A DNA stretch of 63,786 nucleotides, counting the filler, from Nemertoderma westbladi (taxonomy: Eukaryota > Animalia > Xenacoelomorpha), in the NCBI GenBank assembly GCA_032718475.1. It is 3 parts of 3 records of this genome, joined end to end, with 100 filler letters (N's around TTAATTAATTAA, not from the genome) between each part and the next. Parts side by side here need not be neighbours in the genome. Positions count along the whole stretch, not along the records: positions 1 to 28,962 come from JAUCBJ010003270.1; positions 29,063 to 55,711 come from JAUCBJ010005853.1; 1 more part is not named here. The stretch is one strand, 5' to 3'. This document shows positions 24,499 through 37,520 of the stretch, piece by piece. Within the stretch, counting starts at the first letter, position 1; each line of letters starts with the position of its first letter. The notes beneath the pieces were generated by a model, which saw only the letters and a list, made by a program, of their open reading frames with translations, had not been told where the DNA came from and did no database searches. The position numbers and the translations under genes were made by a program.

Positions 24499-25871
24499 CA
24501 ACAGATCACGGAACCAGAGTTTGGTAGATCAATAGATCACGGAACCAGAGTCTGGTAGATCAACAGATCACGGAACCAGAGTCTGGTAGATCAACAGATC
24601 TCGGAACCAGAGTCTGGTAGATCAATAAATCACGGAACCAGAGTCTGGTAGATCAACAGATCACGGAACCAGAGTCTGGTAGATCAACAGATCACGGAAC
24701 CAGAGTCTGGTAGATCAACAGATCACGGAACCAGAGTCTAGTAGATCAACGGATCACGGAACCAGAGTCTGGTAGATCAACAGATCACGGAACCAGAGTC
24801 TGGTAAATGAACAGATCACGGAACCAGAGTCTGGTAGATCAACAGATCACGGAACCAGAGTCTGTTAGATCAACAGATCACAGAACCAGAGTCTGGTAGA
24901 TCAACAGATCACGGAACCAGAGTCTGGTAAATGAACAGATCACGGAACCAGAGTCTGGTAGATCAATAGATCACGGAACCAGAGTCTGGTAGATCAACAG
25001 ATCACGGAACCAGAGTCTGGTAGATCAACAGATCTCGGAACCAGAGTCTGTTAGATCAACAGATCACGGAACAAGAGTCTGGTAGATCAACAGATCACGG
25101 AACCAGAGTCTGGTAGATCAATAAATCACGGAACCAGAGTCTGGTAGATCAACAGATCACGGAACCAGAGTCTGGTAGATCAACAGATCACGGAACCAGA
25201 GTCTGGTAGATCAACAGATCACGGAACCAGAGTCTAGTAGATCAACGGATCACGGAACCAGAGTCTGGTAGATCAACAGATCACGGAACCAGAGTCTGGT
25301 AAATGAACAGATCACGGAACCAGAGTCTGGTAGATCAACAGATCACGGAACCAGAGTCTGTTAGATCAACAGATCACAGAACCAGAGTCTGGTAGATCAA
25401 CAGATCACGGAACCAGAGTCTGGTAAATGAACAGATCACGGAACCAGAGTCTGGTAGATCAACAGATCACGGAACCAGAGTCTGGTAGATCAACAGATCA
25501 CGGAACCAGAGTCTAGTAGATCAACGGATCACGGAACCAGAGTCTGGTAGATCAACAGATCACAGAACCAGAGTCTGGTAGATCAACAGATCACGGAACC
25601 AGAGTCTGGTAGATCAACAGATCACGGAACCAGAGTCTGGTAGATCAACAGATCACGGAACCAGAGTCTGGTAGATCAACAGATCACGGAACCAGAGTCT
25701 GGTAGATCAACAGATCACGGAACCAGAGTCTGGTAGATCAACAGATCACGGAACCAGAGTCTGGTAGATCAACAGATCACGGAACCAGAGTCTGGTAGAT
25801 CAACAGATCACAGAACCAGAGTCTGGTAGATCAACAGATCACAGAACCAGAGTCTGGTAGATCAACAGATC
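24499..25871. repeat. 31-bp tandem satellite, ~44 copies, in an unc-13 intron
   Basis: Unit CAACAGATCACGGAACCAGAGTCTGGTAGAT. Confidence 0.97.
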
Positions 25872-26545
25872 TTGGGATGTTTTCACGAAGTAGTAGGAAT
25901 GTTATTTTAAAATGATATATTTCAATACTACGATATTAATCATACAGTATAACAGTTACCGGTATAAAATAAAACCTACACATTGTTTTTACATTCACAT
26001 TAGTGTTTAAACGGTATTAGACTTTTCGGCGGTATTTCCGGGATCGGGATTGCAATTTTGTATTAAATTCCTTAAAGTTCTTAGTATATGCGGCGGGTTT
26101 TGGGTAACACTCACTTAATCTTACACTTCTGAAATATTAGTACGATAAAGTTATATTACAATTTATTTATAGTTGATTACTGGATGGTTTACTGACATAA
26201 AATATTATTTATAAACAATAAATTTCCGTTCTGCTGGAACTATTTATCAGATATTCAAGAAATTTACTTGACTATCTTGACTATATGTTCCAAAAAAAGA
26301 CGGGATCGGGACCGGAATTGTATTTTTCGACAGGATCCTGTTTCGGGATCGGGTGCGGTATCCTATTTAAACACTAATTCACATCATTGTGTATCATTCA
26401 GTGTTTCATACTTTCAAGCAGTTGGGAAAACGACCAAGGTTCATTGGATTTATCTTACAATTTGCAGCCGTTATGTTATGTTGTATTACTTTGCAGCAGT
26501 TGCTATTATTAGCAAGTCGTAGGACTTGATTACTGTAAGAATTGT

Positions 26546-26600
26546 TGGCTGATTGACTGGCTGGCTGGCTGACTGACTGGCTGGCTGGCTGACTGACTGA
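26546..26600. repeat. (GGCT)n/(GACT)n microsatellite, probably part of a small dispersed element
   Basis: Tetranucleotide run followed by CGATTTTGATGAAATTTT. Confidence 0.7.
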
Positions 26601-28219
26601 TCTACAGCCAAAACTACTCTAACGATTTTGATGAAATTTTCACAGCGGCTAGATACCGCGATTCTAAGGTCCCTGGTATGTTCCGCTATTTCGTCCATGA
26701 GCCGTGGGCTCGAAAAATAGACATAAACGAAAAAACGCCATAGGCGCAATGGTAAAATAACACCAATGACAGCTTGTTGATGGAATTTACATTTGATTGA
26801 TGACTTCCGACTTGCTTAACGGCGTCTTGACGCCGTCTCTAGTTTAGTGTTTATTATTGTTTTACATTATCGAACAGTAACTGCAACAATTCAAGAGTGG
26901 AAAGTTCCAAGCCTATGATTATGGAAGGAAACATTGCGAATTATAACGAGTCATCACCACCACTCTACCATTACTGATGATATCACAAGATAGCACTATC
27001 CACTGGGGGTAACGATTGGTTGGCTGACCCACAAGATGTTGCCACTCTGGTGCCATAATAATAAATAACATAACGTGTTAACAAACAATAATAAAAACAA
27101 TAATAAGTCAGCCACTAAAAGTGGAATGGCTTAGTGACATGAAATGTTGAAACTGTGACAAAATTAGTATTATAATTAGTAATTATAATTAGACAAAGAG
27201 GTATGTACCTTTGGGTATATAGCTTACAAAAATCACATGCTCGAAAAATGTCAATATTAACTTTTAAATTCATGTTTCTTTCCTTAGCAACATGGATTTT
27301 ACATAGAAACAATGTAACTATTGCATTTGGTGAGATTTTTCCCAAATGTTGTATGAATAAACTTTTACTCCTCTCTACTTATACTTAATCGTTTTTTGAA
27401 ATTGTTTATTTAAATGAAAGGTAATTTCATCAGCTTCAATCATATAATTCGACCAGTTTTCTTGATTTCATAACATTTCCCCTTTTTTTACTGAAAAATT
27501 AGAAATAACATATTTTTTTCATTATTTTTAAATTTTGAATGTTTTTTTAAAAAATTGCCAATTATCAGTAAGAGAAAATGAAAATACAAAAAGTGGTCAA
27601 AAAATATGATGGAAATGAACATGCTGGTTCCAAAAATTGTGGTATCGAAAAATAGAAATGGAAAATAACGGAGTAGTCTTTTTTAGCGAAACTCTTTAAA
27701 TCTCACGCCAACCGCTAGGGGGCGCCAAAAATTGTTTTTCCACTTTCATTTACTTTAAATAAGCCGCTCAAGTACTAAAAAACGATAGTTTTCTATTTCT
27801 CGATTGAGTTTAAAGCGTGATGTATCAAGCAGAACTGGACATCTCTCTCTGCTATTTTATTGCCTACCAGCTGCACTGCAATGTGCTGTTGCTATACATC
27901 AGTAACCAGTAGGCACTGTTAGGTCGTATTTTTGTACCACATTACCAAAATTCAAAACTATTAACTACAAAAGATGTGGAACCAGTTTATTCAGCAGCAA
28001 CCGTATCGGAATCTTACAATTTTGGGAGAAAACGACAATAATAATTATTACTATGAAGTACTTTACAGTGTTCTGTTACAAGTATCGATTTTTTCACTCC
28101 CCTTACTTTTTTCGTTTGCACAATTAATAGCTCAGCACACTGAAAAGTGTTACCGGTACTCAGACACAAGTATATACAGTAATTACAATGATCCTCGCGA
28201 CGGCTGTCACATAACTTAC

Positions 28220-28325
28220 TTTTTACGGTGATTTTATGTTCTCCAGTTCCCGGGTGCGTAAACAAATCAACCTGCACAGAAACCTCTCCAACAGGGTCTT
28301 CTATGCTCGGTTCACTTTGCCGATT
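28220..28325 (-). CDS. unc-13: unc-13/Munc13 exon (MUN-C2C junction)
   Basis: [35 protein letters not shown]. Acceptor TTCTAG, donor GTAAGT; phase-1 join gives ..ITVKIVAANDL.. Confidence 0.92.
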
Positions 28326-28962
28326 CTAGAACAACATTACATCATTAATAAATACAAGAGCAAACAAATAATATATATAATATATTTAGCTGTGTCAATA
28401 TCAATTACTAAGGGCTGTTTAATTTTATGAATTTAGGATACTGTATTTTCACTAAAATTTAGTAGCATTAATAAATTATTCAATAAAATTTTTAAAAATG
28501 TGTGCAACTCATAATGAAAGCAATGAATGATTTTTTAATCCGAAACAAATCCTGGGCCGATAATGTGGGGCGAGCCACGCATTCAGGGTGAGCTTTAGCG
28601 CACAATTATAATTAGTAAATAGGGCAAAATTTCATATCCGTCTGTCTGTTTGTCCGTCCATCTGTCTTGAAAAATTCATTCGTAAATAACTTTTGAAGAT
28701 TTTATTAACCATTTTCAACCAAATTTTGTATAGGTATACTAGAGAAAAATACTAATATATTATATAATAATGATCTAATATACTATAATATATAATATAC
28801 TGTATATAGAGTACCAATATTTTTGAAAGTTACGGGCATGCCCGTATACATCTCGAACTTTTGACTCCAGATCAATCGAACTTGCTCAAGTTCGCATGCA
28901 GCGCGACGCCCCACTTCGTAGATGAGATGATATTTTTTCACTCAAGACATGTTTATATAGTA

Positions 28963-29062
28963 NNNNNNNNNNNNNNNNNNNNNNNNNNNNNNNNNNNNNN
29001 NNNNNNTTAATTAATTAANNNNNNNNNNNNNNNNNNNNNNNNNNNNNNNNNNNNNNNNNNNN
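28963..29062. other. Artificial contig linker
   Basis: 44 N + TTAATTAATTAA (stops in all six frames) + 44 N, exactly 100 bp. Confidence 0.97.
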
Positions 29063-29258
29063 AGCTATATCCCAGACTACTAAAACGCCAGATACAAAAC
29101 CTAGTGTGTACATAAAATCTGCTCATTATACTATAATTATTGTCTGTTCTAGAACGGAATACACGGATATAATATCTGAAGCAAATTAATCTGTATAACT
29201 ACTGAGGCCGTAGGCCGAAGTAGTTATACATGATTTATTTGCTGAAGGGCTGTAGGCC

Positions 29259-32200
29259 ATGGATAGGCGGAAGGTAATCAACCAACGGCTAGACATGCTG
29301 ACAAGGTCGGCGGAAGGTAATCAACCAACGGCGACCTACTGCAAAGTCGCTTGTAGGAATTGGGACCACAAGCGGTTTACTCTCGCAACTGAAAGATATG
29401 AGTATGAGAACCCTCCAGGAGAAATACCGGCTCGGTCGACCGGGTCAACAAGGACCGCGTCCCTCAGTGGTACACCAGGCTGGGGTCGATAAATTGGCTA
29501 CTGGAACAGAAGACAGAGAAGAAAGAAGAACCAACCTGTTGAAAGGTAAAAAGACACCAAAGATTGCTACAATGAACGCACGCACGCTGAAAGCACATAC
29601 CAAACAGGGTGACATACTACTACTACTACTAGGATCGGCATGCTGCATTGCAGCTGCATTTTTAAGAATGCTGTGCCGGCTTGTCAACAAAATTGCACCG
29701 CCACAACTCCCTATCACCCATGACATTTGCTAGATCATCCGCATCTTTAAGGCCAGTGTCCTTTAAGATGAGTCTCAAGAAAGTCATGGGCTGTCCACCA
29801 TGCTTATTGTGGGACTCTTGTTGTTCGGTACATGTCTACTATGATGGGATAGATGAGCTTTAAACACTCGGGTATTTTAAAGACCTCAGGGGGAACACCA
29901 TCTACTCCACTGGCACGATTGGTCTTAATGCTCTTTGCAGCAGCCTTCACTTCTGCAAAGGAGATATCGCAAATGGGAATATCTGGGATTACAGACTCAG
30001 ACACTTTTACTTCTATAAAGTTATCAGGCAATACCCTGTCATTATTGAGGAGCTTTTCAAAGTGGGCCTTCCAGCCATTGAGGCGATCGGCTGGTGATTC
30101 AGCCTTAACCTTGGTGGTTGGTTGGCTTTTCTGCCCAGTAAGCAAGTTGATCGATTTCCATGCCTGGGATGATTGCCTGCTGTCGTCAGCATCATTGATG
30201 GCATCAACTTGTTGGTTTATTAGCTCCTGTAGATTAACAGAGTACTGCCTGTTCAGGGACCTAGATGCCGCCTTAACTGCATTCTTGGCCGCTATAGTCT
30301 GTTTGAGTCGGGACTCTTTCTGTGCCTTATATAGGTCATTTCGGCACTTGTGACCACTGGGTCCTCTATGAGTCCATGACATGGTCGCTCTGGCAATGGA
30401 ATATAACATTGACATCATCGGCATCCAAGAACATCGGATTTGTCATAAAGATACTGCCATGAAATGAAGTACAATGACATTGGAAATGGATGGACATTAG
30501 TAACAAGCTCAGCAGTAAGAAACTCGGCCAATGCATCAATTGGTGGAGTAGCAATTCTGTTAAGCCCATTTGCACTTAAGACCCTAAACAACATCGAATC
30601 TATAAATTCCAGGGTTATCATCGCAACATTTGATGGGAATCCCAAGGCAACAGTTATATGTTGCTACAGTCCAAACAATGCCTCAGAGCCAGAACAAGCA
30701 GTCAAGTTTTATGAAGATCTGACTGGACTTATAAAGGACATTCCGAAACACAATGTTAACGTCATTGCTGGTTACCTGAATGCACAAATTGGCCCAGAAG
30801 AAATCAAGGGTTACACCTAAAACACCAGTTCTAACAGAAATGGGAACTTACTTTTAGACCTAATGGAAGAATGTGAAATGATACCAACAAACAACACATT
30901 CGAAAAGAGTAAGGGGAAGCTATAGACCTTTCAATACCCTAATGGAACCAAAGCACAACTGGATTACATCCTTATAAACAAAAAGTGGAGAAACAGCATG
31001 ATCAACTGTGAGGCATACAGCTCGTTCAACCTAATTGGTTCGAACCACAGAATTGTGACTACAGAGATCAGACTCAGTTTGAGAGCCAGCAAACCCAGGA
31101 CAAGCAAGAAATCAACTATGACTGAGAGAAACTCAGAACTGACAATGCTGTAAAGGATGCTTATACAGTAGAAATTCAAAACCGCTTTGAAGCACTTCAG
31201 TCAATGGATGAAGACCAGTCCACCGATTCAATATACCAGAATATATTAACAGCCCACAAGAAATCAGCTAAGAGGCATATCCCCCAGTACGAAAACAGTA
31301 TGTGCCATGGCAAAACTCTGAGGTTACTTGTAAGAGAGAAGATCTTAAGATAGCCTACAAAGTTAAAACCGAACAACCAACAACCGAAAACATTAATAAG
31401 GTTGAGAAAGCTAAGGATGATCTTAAATTGGCCTACAACATCAGCCAGGAAAAGTACATACAAGGTAAAACTGAAGCAATTACAACTGCTCACATACAGC
31501 AACAATCAAGACTTACCTGGCAAACTGTAAATGAGGTATGTATCTGGTCGGAAAAGTTGTGCAAAGGGGTGTCTCAAAGCCGATAGTCTTGAAGAATGTG
31601 TTGGGTAGTGGGAAAATCACTTCAGCAACTTGCTTGGGCAGCCACCAAACATCGAGGTCATCCCTACAAGGAAAATATATGACAAGACACTACCTATAGA
31701 AACAGGGGACTTCACACCTGCCGAACTCCAAAGAAGCATTAAAAGCATGTCTAATAATAAAGCGAGTGGATTAGATGAAATCCCAGTGGTGGTATGGAAA
31801 ACCGGAGTGCTAAACAGACCATTATTGAATGTTTGCAACCGGATGTTAAAAGGGGAAAAGCCACCACAAATTTGGACTAAAGGTCAACTAAAGCCTCTCC
31901 CCAAGAAAGGAGACCTCGGCATACCAACAAACTATCGTGGGATCTGTCTGCTCGTGGTAGCTGCCAAAATATACAATAAAATGATTCTATATAGGATTAA
32001 GCCTCACATAGAGAAACTACTACGTAAGAGCCTAAATGGATTTCGACCAAGTAGATCAACAATAGCTCAGATACTTGCACTACGGAGACTGATTGAAGGA
32101 ATTAAGTCAAAGAATCTCCCCGCAGTCATGACTTTTGTGGACTTCAAGAAGGCATTCGACTCCATCCATAGAGGTAAAATGCTTGAAATCCTAAGAGCTT

Positions 32201-33133
32201 ATGGAATACCAGAAGTAATTGTTGCTGGCATTGAATTGTTATATTGTGACACAGAAGCGCAAGTACTCTCACCAGATGGTGAAATTGAATTTTTTCTCAA
32301 TCCTGGCTGGCGTACTGCAAGGTGACACATGCTGGATTACGCAAAGAGGACGACCACAAAGGATGAAGATCTGGGATTCACACTTCAAGAACGCAGAAGT
32401 AGTAGATATCCAGCAACTACAGTCACAGACACCGACTTTGCGGATGAAATCGCCCTGCTCTCTAATACGCTAGCAGATGCACAGCTTCTACTAAATAAAG
32501 TGGAGAGGGCTGCTTAGGAGGTTGGATTGAATATAAATGCTACCAAGACCGAATTCATGACCTTTAATGTTGATGGAAACTTGACAACCATTGATAATAA
32601 TCAACTAAGGAAGGTCGACGAATTCCTGTACCTTGGATCATGGATAGAGAGTAGCAAAAAGGACATAGAAGTTAGGAAAGCAAAGGCTTGGGTAGATCTA
32701 TAGTGGGGAAAGTGTATTTTTATACGGGAGTGAGACCTGGACACTGACTAAATCACTTCACGAATCCATCACGAATTGATGGTTGCTACACAAGACTACT
32801 AAGGGCAGCCCTAAACATCAGCTGGAGACAACACATGACAAACGCCGAGCTTTATGGACAATACCGCCTGTATCAACCACCCTCCGTGAACGCAGATTAA
32901 GATTCAGTGGGCACTGCTGGCGAAGTAAAGATGAGGTCATACCAGATCTACTTTTCTGGCAACCAACTGATGGAAAGCATAGTCGTGGACGACCAGCCAT
33001 AACATATATAGATCAACTTGAAAGGTATACTGAACTTGGGAGAAACGAAATAGCGACAACTATGGATAATCGGGAATCCTGGAAGGATCTCATTTCCACT
33101 GTCCGAGTTCGCTCAACCTAGTAGTAGTAGTAG
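29259..33133 (+). mobile_element. Near full-length decayed RTE-type LINE (family 2): APE endonuclease plus RT
   Basis: IATMNARTL..DIIGIQEHR, GGVAILLS, CYSP; RT PKKGDL, NYRGICL, FVDFKKAFDS, DFADE. Ends VRST*(TAG)n. Multiple stops and frameshifts. Confidence 0.9.
29616..30376 (-). mobile_element. Internally deleted RTE family-1 copy nested in the family-2 LINE
   Basis: (TAG)n tail and 3' end (29616-29805) fused to a pre-RT segment (RASGVDGVPPEVFK). TGACAT is duplicated at 29610-29615 and 30377-30382. Confidence 0.85.
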
Positions 33134-34464
33134 TTAATCTTTATTTCGTAGTTATTAAGATACTTAATGTATAAAAGTCCTCCAAAAATGGATAAGGTCA
33201 CCCAGAGGTTCATTAGTTCTGGGAAAGCAGTGATCAGCATGAGTAATTCAATGTGCCTCCAGGGATGCACTGGGTTTTGCCAGTACTATTTTACTATTGA
33301 GATTGTTCAGTACCATATTTGTCAAGTGAGCATTGTAAATTATATAATGAAAACCAGAAGCATGCTGGTGCATGTACCAATAGGCCTATGTACCAAGTCT
33401 TCTGGCGGAGAGCCCGTCAGGGACTGTCATATAGTGCATAGGATCGAGTGCTGTCCGGAATAATTTTACAGCCAATTACAGGAAGTTTCCATAGCTTTGA
33501 CAGTTTATTTAATACAGACCATTGCTTGGTCTTTCGTATGTGGAGCTCTTCAGCAGATCTTCAAATCACGTGGTTTTGTAGCAGAACTCTTCTACATGAC
33601 CAACCAGGCCTTCCATCAACTGAAAACACTGACTGTGGGTGACATGCACTGTCTGTGGATGTGGGAATCCAAGTTAACCTTTAGAATTGTTATCTTTTTC
33701 TCACTTACAAATAGATTGCCATTGGATGCAGTCTGTTCTATACTGCTGCTTAGTCTTTGGGCACCTCCAATGTTTCTGATATTAAATTCAGATGCGCAGC
33801 AAATTTCTAGGTCAAGTAAGTTAATTTGGGGTTTTCCTCTGCTGGTTTATACAATCTGGTCCAATCCAGGACCAGACCGGCAGGTGTTCAGTAAGTCAAT
33901 TCATGTGCCATTTATACAGAAAACTGTTTCCCGTAGGCTCTGTGTTATTTTGATGGCTTCTTTTGTTGAGGGTTCAGGGTGCAAGATGGATGAATGAATA
34001 CCTTTTGTTATTTCTGGTAGTATAACTATGCTGCTCAACTGGCCGTTTGATTGGTCTGGCTGCAGTTATTGGGCATCACGGTTAACAAGGGTTATACAGT
34101 GTACATACTTAATAAATTCGACAAAACTTCTGATATTCTCGTAAATGTTTGCTTTGCAAAACGATGTAAGTAAACTTTGATCGATGAAACCTTGAAGGCT
34201 AAATTGGCTGCGCTTAGTGTTAAAACTCAGGTAAACTCTGGTAAACGCACATCCCAGTCCTGGTTCAACGACTTCATTTCAATAAATTAATTCAGCCTCC
34301 AGTCAAAGATCAATTTTATGTGCAAAACACTTTTATTCCAAAATTGTAACAATATTCAACGCCTTTAGTATTAACAGCGAGTTGTTATTTAGCACTTTAT
34401 AACTTTAGAGGACATTACAGCATTATATTGGCCAGTATATTTACAGTAGTATTGTATTTGGTGT

Positions 34465-34553
34465 TATTGTTTACGTGGTAACCATGACGGCGTTAAGTAA
34501 AGTCCCCCTAGTGGACATTACTGAACGCCGTTATGGTTACCACGTAAACAATA
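34465..34553. repeat. ~89-bp hairpin
   Basis: TATTGTTTACGTGGTAACCAT.. pairs with ..ATGGTTACCACGTAAACAATA; ~40-bp imperfect arms. Confidence 0.8.
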
Positions 34554-34811
34554 GGTGGAAATTTGCCTGACGGCCAGATAGGCCTACTGCTTTACCTACC
34601 GGTAGGCGGGGTATAGCTATTAATAACCAGTAGGGCCTAGCTATATAACATGGCACCAAACGCCACCATAAATATAAGCTAACTTATTTATAACATAATT
34701 TATGTCATTTTTACATTTATTTATACAGCATCTACAGTAATATAATTTGTGCAGTTTATATCCCTTATAATGTATGTACAATCATTTCGTAATGTTAAAA
34801 TTTTGGAATAA

Positions 34812-34962
34812 AACTACATATATACTTGTTGCAAAGTACTTTACAGTGTTCTGATCCTCGTGGCTTTATTTTCACTCACTCACTAACGTTCGTTCGTGTA
34901 ACAAAGCCACTCGGATCATCACACTGTAAAGTGCTACTTTACACACAAGTATGTAAATAGTT
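34812..34962. mobile_element. Small palindromic MITE; a related degenerate copy lies at ~28050-28180
   Basis: ACTTTACAGTGT..AAAGCCAC..ACACTGTAAAGT arms. The motif GTACTTTACAGTGTTCTG is shared with ~28058. Confidence 0.55.
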
Positions 34963-36710
34963 ATTACATTTTAAATTTATTTTGAAAACATCAGCTACTA
35001 TTAAAAAAAACTAACTACCATAAATTATAATTTATTAATAGAAGGCCTATATAATCAACATTAATACAATAACAAATACAAAATAAAGTAAAATCGTGAT
35101 CTGAAAAAGACTAATAGTAATAAGGCATGTACTGTAATATGTACCATTAATGGTAGCGACTAACTTCTGTAATGGTGACCATTAACTTCTGATTCTAGAA
35201 TCCTATTGATTAACTAAATATTAAGGAAACCTCTAATTAAGTAATAAAATTATTTTGAATAACTTTAGGTATATACAATTTACATAGGCCTACTTTAGGT
35301 TACATACAATAGGGTGTCCTATTAGTAGGTTTCATAGTATATCAGAACAATTGAACTACTTTTTCGTAGGCCTAACATGTAATGAGTCCACAATATGTTC
35401 CAGAACATTAACATTACCTGTATTACAATAAAGAATCAAATAAAAATTTAATTGCCTGGTCAACTACAGTGCAAAAGTACCCAAGCCTCTACTATTGTTG
35501 CTGGGTTAATTAGCCTAAATTTTGCTAATACAATAAAAGTGTTATGAATACAAAATATATTTTATTTCGAATTCTAATTGTTTTCACAAATGTTTTTTTT
35601 ATATATATTTTCAAAATATACCTTGCTAGCTAGTAAAAAAAAACGAAACAAATACTACTACTACCTTAATAAATAATATATATTAATGTTTACAATCTTA
35701 CCAATAACAAAAATCCGAAAAAATTATTACTTTTAAAATTTCAATAAATACTAGCTATTAAAAAAGCACCAGTTGCCCTAAAAAAATCGAGTAATGTACC
35801 AGAACATTCACCAATATCAATAAAGACAACAATAACCCCAATAAAATCACAGAGGTTCTTCGAAATTTGCTGTATACAGACTATACTACAGTAATACCGG
35901 TTATACATACTATAATAGTAGGCGTACCGGTGTATTCATAGTGGAGTGGGCCCTTTTACTTGTGTGAGGCAGATGCGGGCGTTTTTTATCGCCGCCAAAA
36001 CTAGCCTTTAAAAGTGCCCTCACCCCACCTATATATTATATACCCGCACATCACCTCACCCCACACTCACCCCTTTATTGATATTTTTTGAGATCATCAT
36101 TTTCAGTGCTTTTCTTATTGGTTAATATTGAACATCATTAGTGGCAACCTATTATTATTTAAGGTTGATGTTTAAGTTGATGTTAGATAGTGTTTTTTTA
36201 TTGCTTTTGAAAAAAATTTTTTTTTTTAATTTTTACTTTTAAGTGAGTTCTGTCTTTTAGTTTGTGATTAATATTAAGTAACATTAGTAGATATTAATTT
36301 TTTGATAGCTAGTCATTAGCGATACTTTTTCACGACCAGTCAGAATTAAAAACGAAAAATCATAGTTATCCATTATGGAATGTAGGCCTAATGGCATATT
36401 GTAGACTGTACATGTTCAAAAAGTAATAGCAATTATCTGTAATTAAGTTATTACTCCGTAACAGACTACTCCATTACTCCATTGATTTACTTGATTACTC
36501 CATTAAAACAACTATCTTTTTAAGAAATACAAGCAATGTAAATCGTATGCTATACCATAAAAAATAATACCTTGCTATATACCTAGCTACCGTAGCTATG
36601 TGCACATCATTCAAAATTTCCGGCAACTCTTTTAACGTGCTCGTCCCCCTACGGAGTACATGTGGACGCCCCTAGTATGATAAACCCCACTCATAAAACT
36701 TTATTTGATT

Positions 36711-37159
36711 ATGCCAACATATTGCCCAAATATCATATCCATGAATTGTCCGTTTAATTTATTTCGTAGCAAAAGACAAAAAACTGCAGATGGGCAGCCA
36801 GTTGCGAAAACCTCGGACTTTCAGATAATAAAGTGTATTGGTAAAGGAGGTTATGGGGTGGTTTACTATGTCCGCCATAAACACGATAATAAATTCTATG
36901 CCATGAAGATTGTAGGTAAGGGGTCCTGCAGCTTTGAAGGAAAGGAGCAAGCATCGCACCAAACAAATGAACTCAAGAAAACTTGCTTCGCCGAAAGAAA
37001 TGCTTTATCGAAGAATATTAAACATCCCTTTATTGTTCAGTTACATTACGCTTTTCAAACCAGAAGAAAGGTTTACTTTGTGCTGACATACGCTGACGGT
37101 GGGGATTTATTTAGTCACCAGGCATTGTCAAATAACCGTTTCTCAGAACGGAAAGCCAG
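36711..37159 (+). CDS. AGC-family Ser/Thr kinase (SGK/S6K-like) paralog A, exon 1
   Basis: IGKGGYGVV, YAMK, AERNAL, HPFIVQLHYAFQT, GGDLF. Ends ..RKA-AG|GT. The start could alternatively be the ATG at 36741. Confidence 0.85.
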
Positions 37160-37162
37160 GTT

Positions 37163-37515
37163 GGCACTACTATAGCTTGTGTGAACATTTTCGACCAACT
37201 TAAATGAATCAATTAGTTCCTTCTACAGCATTTTTTTTGGAATCTTTTCTTGAATATGGTTGGCTGACATTCGATTTAGTAGTAGGTAGTAAATTCCATA
37301 AGGTAGATAGAATTTTAAAATAATTAAATATCTATAAAATGTATTAATATTTTATATATAGTATTGTAAAAGCTGCGTAAAAAATAGATTGAAATTTTAA
37401 TTAAATCCTTATGTATTTAAAAAAATACTAGCTATCTAAAAAATGTACGAGCTATCAATCAATCGAATGCCAGTCAACCATCATCCATAAAAAACAACTT
37501 GGCTATAGTAGTGCC
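37163..37515. mobile_element. 353-bp MITE (Merlin-like termini) forming intron 37160-37520
   Basis: 14-bp perfect TIR GGCACTACTATAGC/GCTATAGTAGTGCC; 8-bp TSD GCCAGGTT at 37155-37162 and 37516-37523. Confidence 0.88.
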
Positions 37516-37520
37516 GCCAG

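Noticed and set aside
17033-25871. CRISPR-like arrays
   Set aside because: The units are head-to-tail with no unique spacers, there are no cas genes, and the context is eukaryotic.
33140-34010. Possible decayed retroelement on the minus strand (INLLDLEI-like motif) and overlapping plus-strand ORFs
   Set aside because: Too degenerate to assign a family by eye, and the plus-strand ORFs have no recognisable motifs.
36705-37175. Reading the kinase as two separate ORFs or a split pseudogene ending ..ARLALL*
   Set aside because: The LALL* tail is read-through into the MITE TIR, and a GT-AG splice restores the conserved frame exactly. Pseudogene status remains possible without RNA data.
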